A stretch of 63,071 bases of DNA, the filler included, from Octopus bimaculoides (taxonomy: Eukaryota): NCBI RefSeq assembly GCF_001194135.2. It is 5 parts of 5 records of this genome, joined end to end, with 100 filler letters (N's around TTAATTAATTAA, not from the genome) between each part and the next. Parts side by side here need not be neighbours in the genome. Positions count along the whole stretch, not along the records: positions 30,590 to 47,264 come from NC_068982.1; positions 47,365 to 60,377 come from NC_068996.1; 3 more parts are not named here. One strand, given 5' to 3'. Position numbers and translations under genes: made by a program. Each line of letters begins with the position of its first letter. Within the stretch, counting starts at the first letter, position 1. This document shows, piece after piece, positions 38,261 through 49,744 of this stretch. Under the pieces are notes generated by a model. The model had not been told where the DNA came from. It did no database searches and was given only the letters and a program-made list of their open reading frames with translations.

Positions 38261-38539
38261 TCTCCGTTAATTTTTTGTGTATAGCTTTACTAAAGCTATA
38301 CATACATACATACATACATACATACATACATACATCTCTAATATTACGAGTTCAAAACATAAAAAGGATAACGCTTAAAATATGAAGTGTAAGCCTCATA
38401 ACACAAATACAATAGAATGAAAAATAATTATTAACGGTTCAGGAATCAGCCGATCTACAAGTTGAATAAGTGGGAATTTGAACAACAAACAATTATACTG
38501 AAAGCCAAATTAAAGAACGTTAATTTAATGTTATGAAAT

Positions 38540-39480
38540 ACGCTGATGAAAATTGTGATGGATTGTAATGGAAAAAGTGGAGAGTTCATTAAAAAAAATA
38601 TTTTTGCAGATTCTTTGGAATTCCAAACAAACAAAGAATGGTTTGAAAAGTTTCAGGAAATAACGTTTGCATAACTTAATTTGCAGAAATAAGCTAGTGC
38701 AGATGAAGAAACTATACAAAAATTATTCACACTTCTGCTGACATTCTTGAAAAAGGAGGTCATACTGCACAATATGTTTTTAATGTTGATAAAACTGGTT
38801 TACGTTTGGAGAAAATGTCTGAAAGAACAAATCATTTGAAGAGAAAATAGTCACATCTGAGCATAAAACAGCTAAGAACTACACTTACTGGCACTTTGGG
38901 TGTCTTTAGCAGAGTCCAATTTTTTGCGTACATTCGGTCCATATCTCTGTTTTAAAGATACCCTCCTCTCTCCCCCATCACTTTTAAAGGCTCTGTAGGG
39001 GTTCATAGGCACTATTTTCCCTCTCTAAGGTGAAAAATCTATCCCTGGTGACTCTAAACTGAAACTAATGCTAGTCCCTCACTTGCAAAACCCCAGAGAT
39101 TCCAAAGGGAAATCTAAACAAATGTTACCAATTATTTGGAAAGCAAACAAAAAAGCTTGGTTATTGCAACTATATTTCAAGATTGGCTTAATATTCTTTT
39201 TGTTCCCGCAGTTAAAGAATATTGTGCTGGGAATAATTTATCATTCAAGTCGTTATTGGTTTTCTATAATGGTTCTTTATCCTGAAATTAAGATGGTATT
39301 TTGCATCCAAATTTACCTCAGGTGAAATTTATCTAAAGCTTAAACAATATCAACCGTCAACAGCATCACATGACGAAAGTTATTAAACATGCTTTCAAGG
39401 CAACTGATAAACAAGATGAGCTCAACTTAAAAGAGTTCTGAAAAGGATACAATATCTGGGATATGTTTTTTGTCGTCAAT
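38540..39480 (+). mobile_element. Tigger/pogo transposase remnant
   Basis: WFEKF, ASADEE, VFNVDKTG (first catalytic D region), LPIIWKANKKAW; interrupted by a ~140 bp foreign segment near 38900-39040. Confidence 0.8.
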
Positions 39481-39549
39481 GCTGCACTTTCCCGTATCAT
39501 GTGTTTCAACATAACTGTAATATATATATACAAACTATGCCATTTTAAT

Positions 39550-39578
39550 CCCGAGCAACGCCGGGTATCTCTGCTAGT
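39550..39578 (+). mobile_element. Helitron 3' terminus
   Basis: CCCGAGCAACGCCGGG hairpin followed 8 nt later by CTAG-T. Confidence 0.7.
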
Positions 39579-39899
39579 ATTATATAATTATACCAATAGA
39601 TATATTTATTAACGAATTAAGCTTTAATGTCCTTAATGTTTCTTGTTGTATGTTATAGGCCGGAGGAATAATACGAACATAATTGTCCATATGCTTAGGT
39701 GGCACAATTTAATAATTCACACAGAGACCGAATTCCTAATTAATAAGTCAAGGATTGGTAAAGATTCACTCACTATAGTGCTAACTCACTCGCTGTCTTT
39801 TCTGTTTTTCTCGTACTTCAGCGACTTCTCATTTCAACTGCATATCTGCTCACTATTTCTACCCAGGTTCAACCAATGGATAAGTAGCTTCCCCTCATG

Positions 39900-40130
39900 T
39901 CATCCCTGTTTTGTCTCGCCACTAAAATTTTGCGCAGTTTTTCCTCCGCAAAACAAGGTTCCTCTGAGGTCCATGCTCTGGTTACGTTTTCCATACAGGC
40001 ATTAATTTTACAAAAATCGGAGCTAAACTTCGATTGAATCGACGTCACCAGATTCGATGAACTTGCAAGGAGAGTGGGCATCACTTTTCCTCCAATGTAC
40101 TTCTGTCGAAACGAGAGGTCGATAACGGGA
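39900..40130 (-). mobile_element. Possible Helitron PIF1-helicase fragment
   Basis: IDLSFRQ..GGKVM, KINACM and RA..EEPCFAE.KLRKI resemble helicase motifs DRTLRD..FGGKV, INAC and NMRA...FA..LL.IG. Confidence 0.4.
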
Positions 40131-40379
40131 GGTTTGTTGACCCACAAATAGACCACTGAAATGTTTACTGCGGACCTGGTAACTTTTTATTAAAAAAAAA
40201 TTTCAAATTTATTTGTAGGCCATTGAGCTTTTAGATAGTCTTTTGCATCATGATTTGCTTGATTCTTGCTTAAATAAGCATTGCAAGTGGTGAAACTGGC
40301 GTGTGTGAGAAATACGTTAATATGTGAGATATGATATTAAACATGTGGGCCAAGAAGAAAATGTAACAGGAAGAGAAGC

Positions 40380-40720
40380 TATCACGTGTCATTCTCTCAG
40401 CCAAAAACACAGACTGTTTTGCAATCAACAATGAAGTACTGACGCTCCTTCCACGTAATTCTCAAAAATATTTTCACAAGAGATAAATCAGTGACGACCA
40501 ACTGGAAGTTGAATGCGCTCTACTGAATTTCTGAACTCATTCACTCCTTCTGGGATGGCATTAAATGTTCTAATTTTGAAAACTTGAGCAGCTGTGTTCT
40601 CAGTCTTAATCAAAACTGTGTTGAACCTTCACTAATAAGTGGTATCACAACTAGACGACGAGTTTTGATACCTAGAATCTGAATGTCATCAAATGGTACA
40701 CATTTATAGACGCAGGCTTC
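40380..40720 (+). mobile_element. Helitron PIF1-helicase fragment
   Basis: ILSAKNTDCFAINNEVLTLLP, TEFLNSFTPSGM and VLIPRI motifs. Confidence 0.7.
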
Positions 40721-40734
40721 CTACATTTGCTTCC

Positions 40735-40840
40735 TAACCACATGGTACCGTGATCAGTCCCACTGCGTAGAACCTTGAGCGAGGGTCTTCTACTGTACCC
40801 TTGGGCCGACCGAAGCCTTGTGAGTGGCTTTAGACAAAAT
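40735..40840 (+). mobile_element. SINE family B partial head
   Basis: CCTAACCACATGGT..CAGTCCCACTGCGT..TCTTCTACT..GGGCCGACCGAAGCCTTGTGAGTGG. Confidence 0.75.
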
Positions 40841-41139
40841 CAAATAAAAGTTGTTCTAAAAATACAAGTGACCATCCAAATACTGCACATTCTCTATCAC
40901 AAAGGATTTATTATGCCAATAACTTTGTCATCCTTGCAAATTGCTTTTGCTTTTGCCATATCACGAGTTTGGTTAAAATTAAAAGTTGAATATATTGGGT
41001 CATCTCATAAATAATGCTGTTTTTTCAATTGCATGAACTAAAAGTCGGCGGGGGACGGGGATAAACTACCTGCATCAACTTGCTTTAAAAGTAGGTAGTA
41101 ATTTTACCTAGTATTTATTCTTAGTGCAAGTTTTGAAGA

Positions 41140-41675
41140 GTACAGTTCGATTTGAACAGATATTTTTCTCAAAGCTATAATGGAAGTGACAAAGGAACAT
41201 ATTCGGCATATTTTGCTTTATGAGTTCAATAAAGGCAACAACGCAACGGAATGTGCGAAGAATATTAATGCAGTATATGGGGATCGGACAATAAGCTGGA
41301 AGATCTGTAGAGCTCTACTTGGACGTCCTGCAAACCATGGAGGAACAAAATCCCATCGTAACTGTTGAAGAACTATCAGAGACGTTTGATTTAGTCATTC
41401 AACCATTCATCGACGCCTGCGTGCCATCGGAAAAGTCAGCAAATTGGGTCAATAGGCTTCTCACAAACTTTCCGAGTCTAATCGCGCGCAGAGTAAATGT
41501 GTGCTCTTCTTTGCTGTCACGTCTCACGAATGAACTTTTTGTGGACTGAATAGTGACTGGTGACGAGAAATGGGTTCTCTATGAAAATGTCAAGCACCGA
41601 AGACAGTGGGTAGGGAAACGAGACACACCGGCACCCAGGCTGAAAAGGGTTTTCACCCACATAATGTGTTGTTAN
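41140..41675 (+). mobile_element. mariner (DD34D) transposase remnant
   Basis: MEVTKEHIRHILLYEFNKGNNATECAKNINAVYG (HTH) and VTGDEKWVLYEN (first catalytic D). Confidence 0.85.
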
Positions 41676-41725
41676 NNNNNNNNNATCCAAATCAAACGAT
41701 GTATTTATAAGGTTGAGTGTAGACA

Positions 41726-41759
<34 letters not shown>

Positions 41760-41940
41760 GTAATAGATAAATAAATAAAGAATTATTAAATAAAATAAAG
41801 AAATGTAAAGAACTTATAGTGTATCGACAACACTACTTGAATGGTAGAGAATGTCAAATTAGAAGCAAGAAGAAAATATAATGAAATACAGGCATATATA
41901 AGTATATAGACACATGCATATACGCATACCTCCACACACA

Positions 41941-42158
41941 CGAGGATGTGCTGAAAAGTTCCTGGCTTTAGGTAAAAGAAAATACAGGGGGATCAGCTAA
42001 TTATGATTTTATTCAACTTATTCTCCTCTCAGATTCACACACTTATTACAAGTGGTGTTTCACTTTTTCTAAGCCGTGTAAAAGAACTCGGAAGATTGAG
42101 CCTCCAGCCAGGCCTTTCACGATGCCCTTAAAGCCAGGAACCTTTCAGCACCCTCTCG
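41941..42158 (+). mobile_element. mariner-derived MITE
   Basis: TIRs CGAGGATGTGCTGAAAAGTTCCTGGCTTTA / TAAAGCCAGGAACCTTTCAGCACCCTCTCG-TA. Confidence 0.85.
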
Positions 42159-42404
42159 TATAAGCATTTATAGATACAATCTTTCATAGAGACAGCGCAA
42201 TGCAAACAACTCGTATAAAAAAAAGCAGAAGCTGGTTACAAACTGGTGGATTGAATGTAGTCGTTACTATGTTAGTTCACAGCGAAGTTAAATTTCGTAT
42301 CTTTTTCCTGCGTGCAAAAGAGATTATCACCGCCAGGTTGAAACACTTTTCTGAAATATATTGCAAGCCGTGTTTGAACATCATCGCGTAATTTCAAAGG
42401 ACAA

Positions 42405-42648
42405 GGTTTACTTAGTCTTCGGAAATATTCCATCCTAAGTTGCTCTTTCATTTCCTTCTCCATTATCTCGTTGAACTCTCGTACACCAATGTATTTGTAG
42501 CCTTCCGTTTCAATTTGCTTAATCAAATCTCTATTCTGGAATTCTATCCCTTCTTGGAACAGTACCATGCCTCTTTTTAGGTAGATTATTCTGCACTTCT
42601 TGAGTCCCAATTCCATTCTAATATCAGCACTCGCACTGTTGAGTCCAA

Positions 42649-42650
<2 letters not shown>
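42405..42650 (-). mobile_element. R4/Dong-like LINE RT fragment
   Basis: MELGLKKC..LKRG..EGYKYIG..EYFRRL resembles M.FGLDKC..YKYLG..EY.RRL. Confidence 0.75.
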
Positions 42651-42689
<39 letters not shown>

Positions 42690-42690
<1 letters not shown>

Positions 42691-43140
42691 GCTGATAGGA
42701 TTTATGTGGGTAGCGAATTACTACCTGTAACCTTAGGTATCCACAAGTTTTCAGCAGTATTTCAAGTGCTTAGAATCCTGATAATCCTTGGTGTCCCTGA
42801 AAGACAAACTTTCTGTAGGAGCTCTAACGGGTATTCTATTCTAATCTTCTTCAGCCATTTGTCCATATCTTTGCTTACTGTTCCCAACGTACCAATTATT
42901 ACAGGTACGACCTTTACTGTTCTTTTGCTCCAAGTTCTTCCTATTTCAAATTTTAAAGGACTGTATTTTCTTTTTTTTTGTTTCTCGTCCTCTTTCTTTA
43001 CGATCCTGGAATCAAACGGGCATGATGGGTCGATCAGTAAGTAACTTCGTTTTTCCTTATCTATAATTGTTATGTCCGGTCTATAATTTTCGGCCATTGG
43101 TATCGAGTTACTCCCTTCCTTCAAAACTGTTGGTCTTGTG
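42690..43140 (-). mobile_element. R4/Dong-like LINE 3' end with (AAT)n tail
   Basis: RPDITIIDKEKRSYLLIDPSCPFD..KVVPVIIGTLG..LQKVCLSGTPRIIRILS; short 3' UTR then (AAT)n at 42650-42690. Confidence 0.85.
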
Positions 43141-43225
43141 CTTAAATCAGATATGATAGTTATCATTATTATTGATTTATTATTTCAGTTTGTGAGGAAT
43201 AATCGATTTAAAAAAAATCTTTCCC

Positions 43226-43447
43226 TAGTCACATAGACTCATAAGGCTGGTTTCCGTGACGTATATATTCTCTGCCTGGATAGGACGCAAGTCCGTCTCA
43301 GGAATACTTATTTTGGCCAGCTGAATGGGCTGAAATAACGTTAAATGAAGTGTTTTGCTCAAGAACACAGCGCATCACCTAGTTAAGGAAACGGAACCAC
43401 AATTTTACGATCATGAGACCAACACGGTAACCACTAAGCCACATGCA
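43226..43447 (-). mobile_element. tRNA-derived CORE-like SINE
   Basis: Minus strand GTGGCTTAGTGGTTA (A box)..TGTTCTTGAGCAAAACACTTCATTT core; related to 8688-8830. Confidence 0.75.
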
Positions 43448-43956
43448 CATCGATGAGACCTAACTTTAATATAGTTATTTTTCTAACAGATAACGTAGAA
43501 TGTCATTTGAGTTGACATTCCGCTGAAGTTTGCTTTACCGTTTCATCCTTCTACTGTTGATAAAATTAGTCTATGGTTCATTCAAGGATGAATAATTTTA
43601 CTGTCTTTAGAAAGGACATGCACTTAACTACTTTTTTTTGCGTTTTAATCATACAAATTAAATCCTTTTGCTATATCAAGCGATCATTATTACTGGAAAT
43701 AATGACGATTAATTCTCATTTAAAATCTGTCACGCCTAGAAAAAACTCAATTAATTGTTTTGATGAACTAGGACACTCTTTAATTAGTGAATACTTTATT
43801 AATTTGGGGGTTGACCTCTTTTGGGAAGGGATGGGCTTCGGCCTAAAAGTTCTATACGAATACAATGTCTGCAAAAAAGTATTCCAACACTACCATGGAT
43901 CAATGGAACTGATAAGTTCTACAGTGGCGACTTTCTGTATGCATATATGCATGCAG

Positions 43957-43987
<31 letters not shown>

Positions 43988-44216
43988 TGTATGACTATGA
44001 ATGTATGTATGTATGTATGTATGTATGCGTAATTGTACAATATATAAAACAGTCAGAAATGATTAAATAGCAGTGAATACTGGAAGTAGAATTATGATAA
44101 AGCAAATTAAGGATGATGCTGAAAAAATTCAAGAATACTTTTTAACTATAGATTTATCTTTTGAATCATCGGAAATAGTCCTCTTTCTGAAGATTCGACA
44201 AATGAAACTGCAATTA

Positions 44217-45305
44217 CAAGGGTGTGCTGAAAAGTTCATAGGCTGACTATGAAGAAGTGATGCTAGAGCTGTGAAATCTAGCATGCATTAATTTCAACTC
44301 TTTTATTAATAACTGCATTATTTCTTTCCAGGTAAACTGACATCTGACTGTTCAAAGAACACTTCAAAAGTAACTAGTAGCGACTTCTTTTGAAAATCGA
44401 CAAAATTTGGCATTGTGCTGTAACCAAGTACCTGCAGAAAAAGGCTTTAGCTCCCAAATACATTCATGCTGACATGATTGCTATATTAGGGGAGGATGCT
44501 CCAGCTTTATCAACTGTGCAAAATTGGGCAGCTGAATTTAGGATGGGGAAGGGAGAGCCTTGAAGATTACTCACAGTCTGGACGTCCTGTAACTGTCACC
44601 ACCAAGGAAAACATCGATCACGTTCATCACATGCTGAGGAACGGCAAGTCATTGACTATAAATCAAACAGCCTATGTTATTAGTATATCCTGTTAGGGAA
44701 TTGAGAATATTCTGCCCAATGAATTTGGCATGACCAAGGTTTCTGCTCGGGGGAGGGGGATGCCACGTCTTCTGACACCCGATCAAGCATGCCAGGTTGA
44801 CCACATCATAGGAAAATCTGACATGGTTTGAGGCAGACCCAGATGGTTTCTTTGAACGTCTCGTAACCCAGGATGAATATTGGCTTCATCGCTTTGAGCC
44901 AGAGATAAAGAGACAATCCATGCAGTGGAAACACCCATCCTCACATGCACGAGAGTTATTTCATCTACAGGGAAGGTGATCGACTCAGTTTTCTGAGATG
45001 CAAAAGGCATTGTGTTAATTGACTATCTTCAGAAGGACCACGCCATCAATGGAGAGTGCTGAGGCAGTCACGAAAGGCTATCAAGATCAAACGCCGAGGA
45101 AAACTGACGAAAGAGGTCTTGTTTCACCAGGACAATGCTCCAGGACACAAGTCCTTGGTTTCAATGGCTGATGTGCGTGAAAGTGGTTTTGATTTGGTTG
45201 ATCACACTCCCTGTTCTCCTGATTGGCCCCACCCGACTATCATCTGTTTCCCGACATGAAAAAGCTCTTGGCTGAGAAGCAATATCGCCGCGAAGATGAC
45301 ATCAT
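44217..45305 (+). mobile_element. Near full-length decayed mariner (DD34D)
   Basis: TA-CAAGGGTGTGCTGAAAAGTTC end; SGRPVT, VTQDEYWLH, FHQDNAPGHKS and HTPCSPD motifs. Confidence 0.9.
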
Positions 45306-46010
45306 ATCTATTCGTATTTCACTCTTAGCTATTATTCGAAACTAAAGTCTATTTTGTATTCAGGCGAGTTAATGATTATGCCCNNNNNNNNNNNNNNNNN
45401 NNNNNNNNNNNNNNNNNNNNNNNNNNNNNNNNNNNNNNNNNNNNNNNNNNNNNNNNNNNNNNNNNNNNNNNNNNNNNNNNNNNNNNNNNNNNNNNNNNNN
45501 NNNNNNNNNNNNNNNNNNNNNNNNNNNNNNNNNNNNNNNNNNNNNNNNNNNNNNNNNNNNNNNNNNNNNNNNNNNNNNNNNNNNNNNNNNNNNNNNNNNN
45601 NNNNNNNNNNNNNNNNNNNNNNNNNNNNNNNNNNNNNNNNNNNNNNNNNNNNNNNNNNNNNNNNNNNNNNNNNNNNNNNNNNNNNNNNNNNNNNNNNNNN
45701 NNNNNNNNNNNNNNNNNNNNNNNNNNNNNNNNNNNNNNNNNNNNNNNNNNNNNNNNNNNNNNNNNNNNNNNNNNNNNNNNNNNNNNNNNNNNNNNNNNNN
45801 NNNNNNNNNNNNNNNNNNNNNNNNNNNNNNNNNNNNNNNNNNNNNNNNNNNNNNNNNNNNNNNNNNNNNNNNNNNNNNNNNNNNNNNNNNNNNNNNNNNN
45901 NNNNNNNNCAGTAAATATATTGCCAACCAAATACTGAGATCGATTAAATCAACTGTTACCACTCTGAAAATGTGTGGTGTTGTAACTAAGTCGTTATTGT
46001 AAAAGGGGAA

Positions 46011-46390
46011 AAGGCGGCGAGCTGGCAGAAACGTTAGCACGCCGGGCGAAATGCTTAGCGGTATTTCGTCTGTCTTTAACGTTCTGAGTTCAAATTCCGC
46101 TGAGGTCGACTTTGCCTTTCATCCTTTCGGAGTTGCTAAACTAAGTACCAGTTACGCATTGGGGTTGATGTAATCGACTCAATCCGTTCGTCTGTCCTTG
46201 TTTGTTCCCTCTATGTTTATCCCCTTGTAGGCAATAAAGAAATAAGAATCATTAGCACGCTGAAAAAATGCTTTAGTAGCACTTCGTGCGTTCTGAGTTC
46301 AAATTCCGCCGAGGTTGACTTTGCTTTACATCCTTTCGAAGTCACTAAAACAAGTGAAATAAGATGAGAACTTGGGTCGATGTATTCGGC
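46011..46390 (+). mobile_element. Two tandem SINE family A copies
   Basis: AAGGCGGCGAGCTGGCAGAAACGTTAGCACGCCGGGCGAAATGCTTAGC..GAGGTCGACTTTGCCTTTCATCCTTTCGG; second copy from about 46250. Confidence 0.9.
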
Positions 46391-47076
46391 TTGCCCTCTC
46401 ATTCGACAGTTAAATACTTTAATGAATATTTATTTATAATATTTTTGAGTGGTTTCAATTTGCTATCGTTTTGATTCCACGGAGATTAAAGCCTAATCAT
46501 ATGTTTATCTAAACATAACGTTGTTGCTAGTTAATAGTATTTTTGTTTAAACGTTATTTGAAATTTGCTTGAGTATCTTTGCTTATAACATTTGACCTTA
46601 ATACAAGTTGTCTAAAACAACAGAAAATTGCATTAAATACACATGGAATACTAAAATGAATGTAATCATACCACATCATATAAACGCTACACATGCAACA
46701 TTGTGTCCGTGTGGTTATGGGTAAGAAGTTTATTCGTAACTGCGTGGCACTAGGTTCAATCGCACAAAACGTAAACTTTATCCTAGTTTACTCTAGCTTA
46801 GCTTCGAGTTAATCAATATTTTGACCGTGGAATTTTAACTACCGGGAATTATATGCAAGTCTTTCATGTATGCGTACATGCGCTGGTACAAATCACACGA
46901 CGTTGTTCACTATAGTTTAGTTAAAGACAGATAAGGTCTGTCCTGAGTTGACTCTCTTAGGTGTTTCCCACTGATAACAGCTAAAGAACTAGAAACATCG
47001 ATGTCTGGGAATCCAACAGAGGGCGACACCGGTCAGATATGGTGTTACAAACATATTTTAACTAATCTAAAGTTAG

Positions 47077-47121
<45 letters not shown>

Positions 47122-47264
47122 GATCATAGAACACACATTAAATTCGAGTCAACGACTTTATATGTAACACTATACCTCCAAACATTTGATCATATATAAA
47201 TACTACCATGGCTCTTAAACATATAAATCATACATATATATATAAAAAAAACATATAAAGTATA

Positions 47265-47364
47265 NNNNNNNNNNNNNNNNNNNNNNNNNNNNNNNNNNNN
47301 NNNNNNNNTTAATTAATTAANNNNNNNNNNNNNNNNNNNNNNNNNNNNNNNNNNNNNNNNNNNN
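47265..47364. other. Artificial scaffold linker
   Basis: N44-TTAATTAATTAA-N44. Confidence 0.95.
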
Positions 47365-47403
<39 letters not shown>

Positions 47404-47405
<2 letters not shown>

Positions 47406-47432
47406 TAGCAATGCACACCGGCGTTTCGCAGG
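47404..47432 (-). mobile_element. Helitron 3' terminus (degenerate)
   Basis: ACTAGCAATGCACACCGGCGTTTCGCAGG resembles the reverse complement of 39550-39578. Confidence 0.5.
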
Positions 47433-47544
47433 TGTTATAATCTACAGCCACATTGTATTGTTTGTTTCTTTCTTATGGGCAGAATCGATACACGAAGTGT
47501 ATGAAGCAAACAACTCTTCTCTTTAAACATTTTTATCAGTCATT

Positions 47545-47712
47545 TTCTAATGAACAAGGCTACAGTTTCCGTCTTCCAAATTCGGTCACAAGTCTGTGGC
47601 TGGCCTAGGGCTAAAGTAGAAAACACTTACCCAAGGCACTGTGCAGAGGGACTGAACCTGGAACTATGTGATTGGGAAGCAAACTTCTCAACCAAACAGC
47701 CATTCTTGCACC
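47545..47712 (-). mobile_element. SINE family B head
   Basis: GCTAAAGTAGAAAACACTTACCCAAGG..GGGACTGAACCTGGAAC..GGAAGCAAACTTCT. Confidence 0.8.
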
Positions 47713-47783
47713 TTATGTGTGTGTCTGTGCGCGGGTAAGCGTGTGTGCGTGTGCGTGTGAGTGTGTGAGTGTGTATGTGTGTG

Positions 47784-47818
<35 letters not shown>

Positions 47819-48730
47819 TTGTGTGTGTGTGTGTGTGTGTGTATGAGTGTGTGGACATTTTTTGTTAAATTGAGTACTGTGCCCCACTATGTTATAAAGT
47901 TAGATGTTCAATATCTTCAAAGTTTCATTCCTGCTAAAACCCCATGTACTTAAAACATTTTCTCATAATGCTTTACTAAAACAAAAATTGCTCAGGCAGA
48001 GTTGCAAGTGGGGTGGGGACCCAGTTAGAATTTTCTTCAGGTTGNNNNNNNNNNNNNNNNNNNNNNNNNNNNNNNNNNNNNNNNNNNNNNNNNNNNNNNN
48101 NNNNNNNNNNNNNNNNNNNNNNNNNNNNNNNNNNNNNNNNNNNNNNNNNNNNNNNNNNNNNNNNNNNNNNNNNNNNNNNNNNNNNNNNNNNNNNNNNNNN
48201 NNNNNNNNNNNNNNNNNNNNNNNNNNNNNNNNNNNNNNNNNNNNNNNNNNNNNNNNNNNNNNNNNNNNNNNNNNNNNNNNNNNNNNNNNNNNNNNNNNNN
48301 NNNNNNNNNNNNNNNNNNNNNNNNNNNNNNNNNNNNNNNNNNNNNNNNNNNNNNNNNNNNNNNNNNNNNNNNNNNNNNNNNNNNNNNNNNNNNNNNNNNN
48401 NNNNNNNNNNNNNNNNNNNNNNNNNNNNNNNNNNNNNNNNNNNNNNNNNNNNNNNNNNNNNNNNNNNNNNNNNNNNNNNNNNNNNNNNNNNNNNNNNNNN
48501 NNNNNNNNNNNNNNNNNNNNNNNNNNNNNNNNNNNNNNNNNNNNNNNNNNNNNNNNNNNNNNNNNNNNNNNNNNNNNNNNNNNNNNNNNNNNNNNNNNNN
48601 NNNNNNNNNNNNNNNNNNNNNNNNNNNNNNNNNNNNNNNNTGCATCCGGGCATAACAATGTACATGATAACACATCCAATCAATTAAGATCAGAAGCCAT
48701 GAGAGTCATTGCCTGGTACTGCATCCGGGC

Positions 48731-48808
<78 letters not shown>

Positions 48809-48827
48809 CCTCATCATCATCGTCATC

Positions 48828-48862
<35 letters not shown>

Positions 48863-49165
48863 TATTATTATCAATATATGACTGTTCAATATTTGGTTAA
48901 TTGAGGCAAATTTCTACTACGTCACCTGTTGCACTTCTGTGTTGCTGAGGTGTATGCAGCATTGTGTGTTCTTTTCTGTTGTTGGGAGTGTGCGAACTCT
49001 TCCCGGTAATGTTTTGTTTTAGCATTCTGGTGCTGTCTTTTGTTGTGTTACTGCTTTTATTGTGTATTGAGTGTGCAATGCTTTGGTTTTCTGGCTTATT
49101 ACTCGGAATTTATTTCACTGGGTAAATGTTTCTTGCATTTGTAGGTTGTTTTGTTTAGGTTGTCC

Positions 49166-49743
49166 CAGGGTGTCCCAAAAGTCACTGATGGGTTTCAAAT
49201 TTTTAATAACTACCTTAACTCTACAAATAAATGCATGAAATTTTGATACAATATAAAGGACATAATGCAAATTAATACACACGAGTCAAATTTTGCAACA
49301 TTACTACATTACATACGAAAAATGACATTGCTTAAATGGCAGCCATTTTCGATTTCGCATGCCCGTGCTCTTTCCAAAGCTTCACTCTCAAGAGTTTCAG
49401 TCTCCACTTCTTTGTTTTCTCTATTGATGTTCTCCTTCATTTGTACCAGGTTTTCCGATTTGTTGACGTAAATTTTCAAGGAAAAATCCGGGATAGTCAA
49501 ATCTGGGGTACGTGAAGGCCATTCAAATTAGACCTTACACATGGTTCCAGAAAGATGGGGCAACTTCTCATACCATATAAGCAATGCCATTTCTCATGTG
49601 ATGTAGCAGTGTTGCAAAATTTGACTCGTGTTTATTAATTTTCATTATGTCCTTTATGTTGTATCAAAATTTCATGCATTTATTTGTAGAGTTAAGGAAG
49701 TTATTAAAAACTGAAACCCATCAGTGACTTTTGGGATACCCTG
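49166..49743 (-). mobile_element. Tc1/mariner-superfamily deletion derivative with ~165 bp TIRs
   Basis: CAGGGTGTCCCAAAAGTCACTGATGGGTTTC.. mirrored at the right end (..GGGATACCCTG-TA). Internal WPSRTPDLT..DF motif on the minus strand. Confidence 0.9.
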
Positions 49744-49744
49744 T

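Larger units (their letters stand above)
35100..38300 (+). mobile_element. Ty3/Gypsy (Mag-like) LTR retrotransposon, decayed, 3'-deleted
   Basis: 5' LTR 35100-35291 starts TG; PBS; gag; protease; RT; RNase H; integrase zinc-finger; last 40 bp of the LTR repeated at 38261-38300. Confidence 0.92.
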
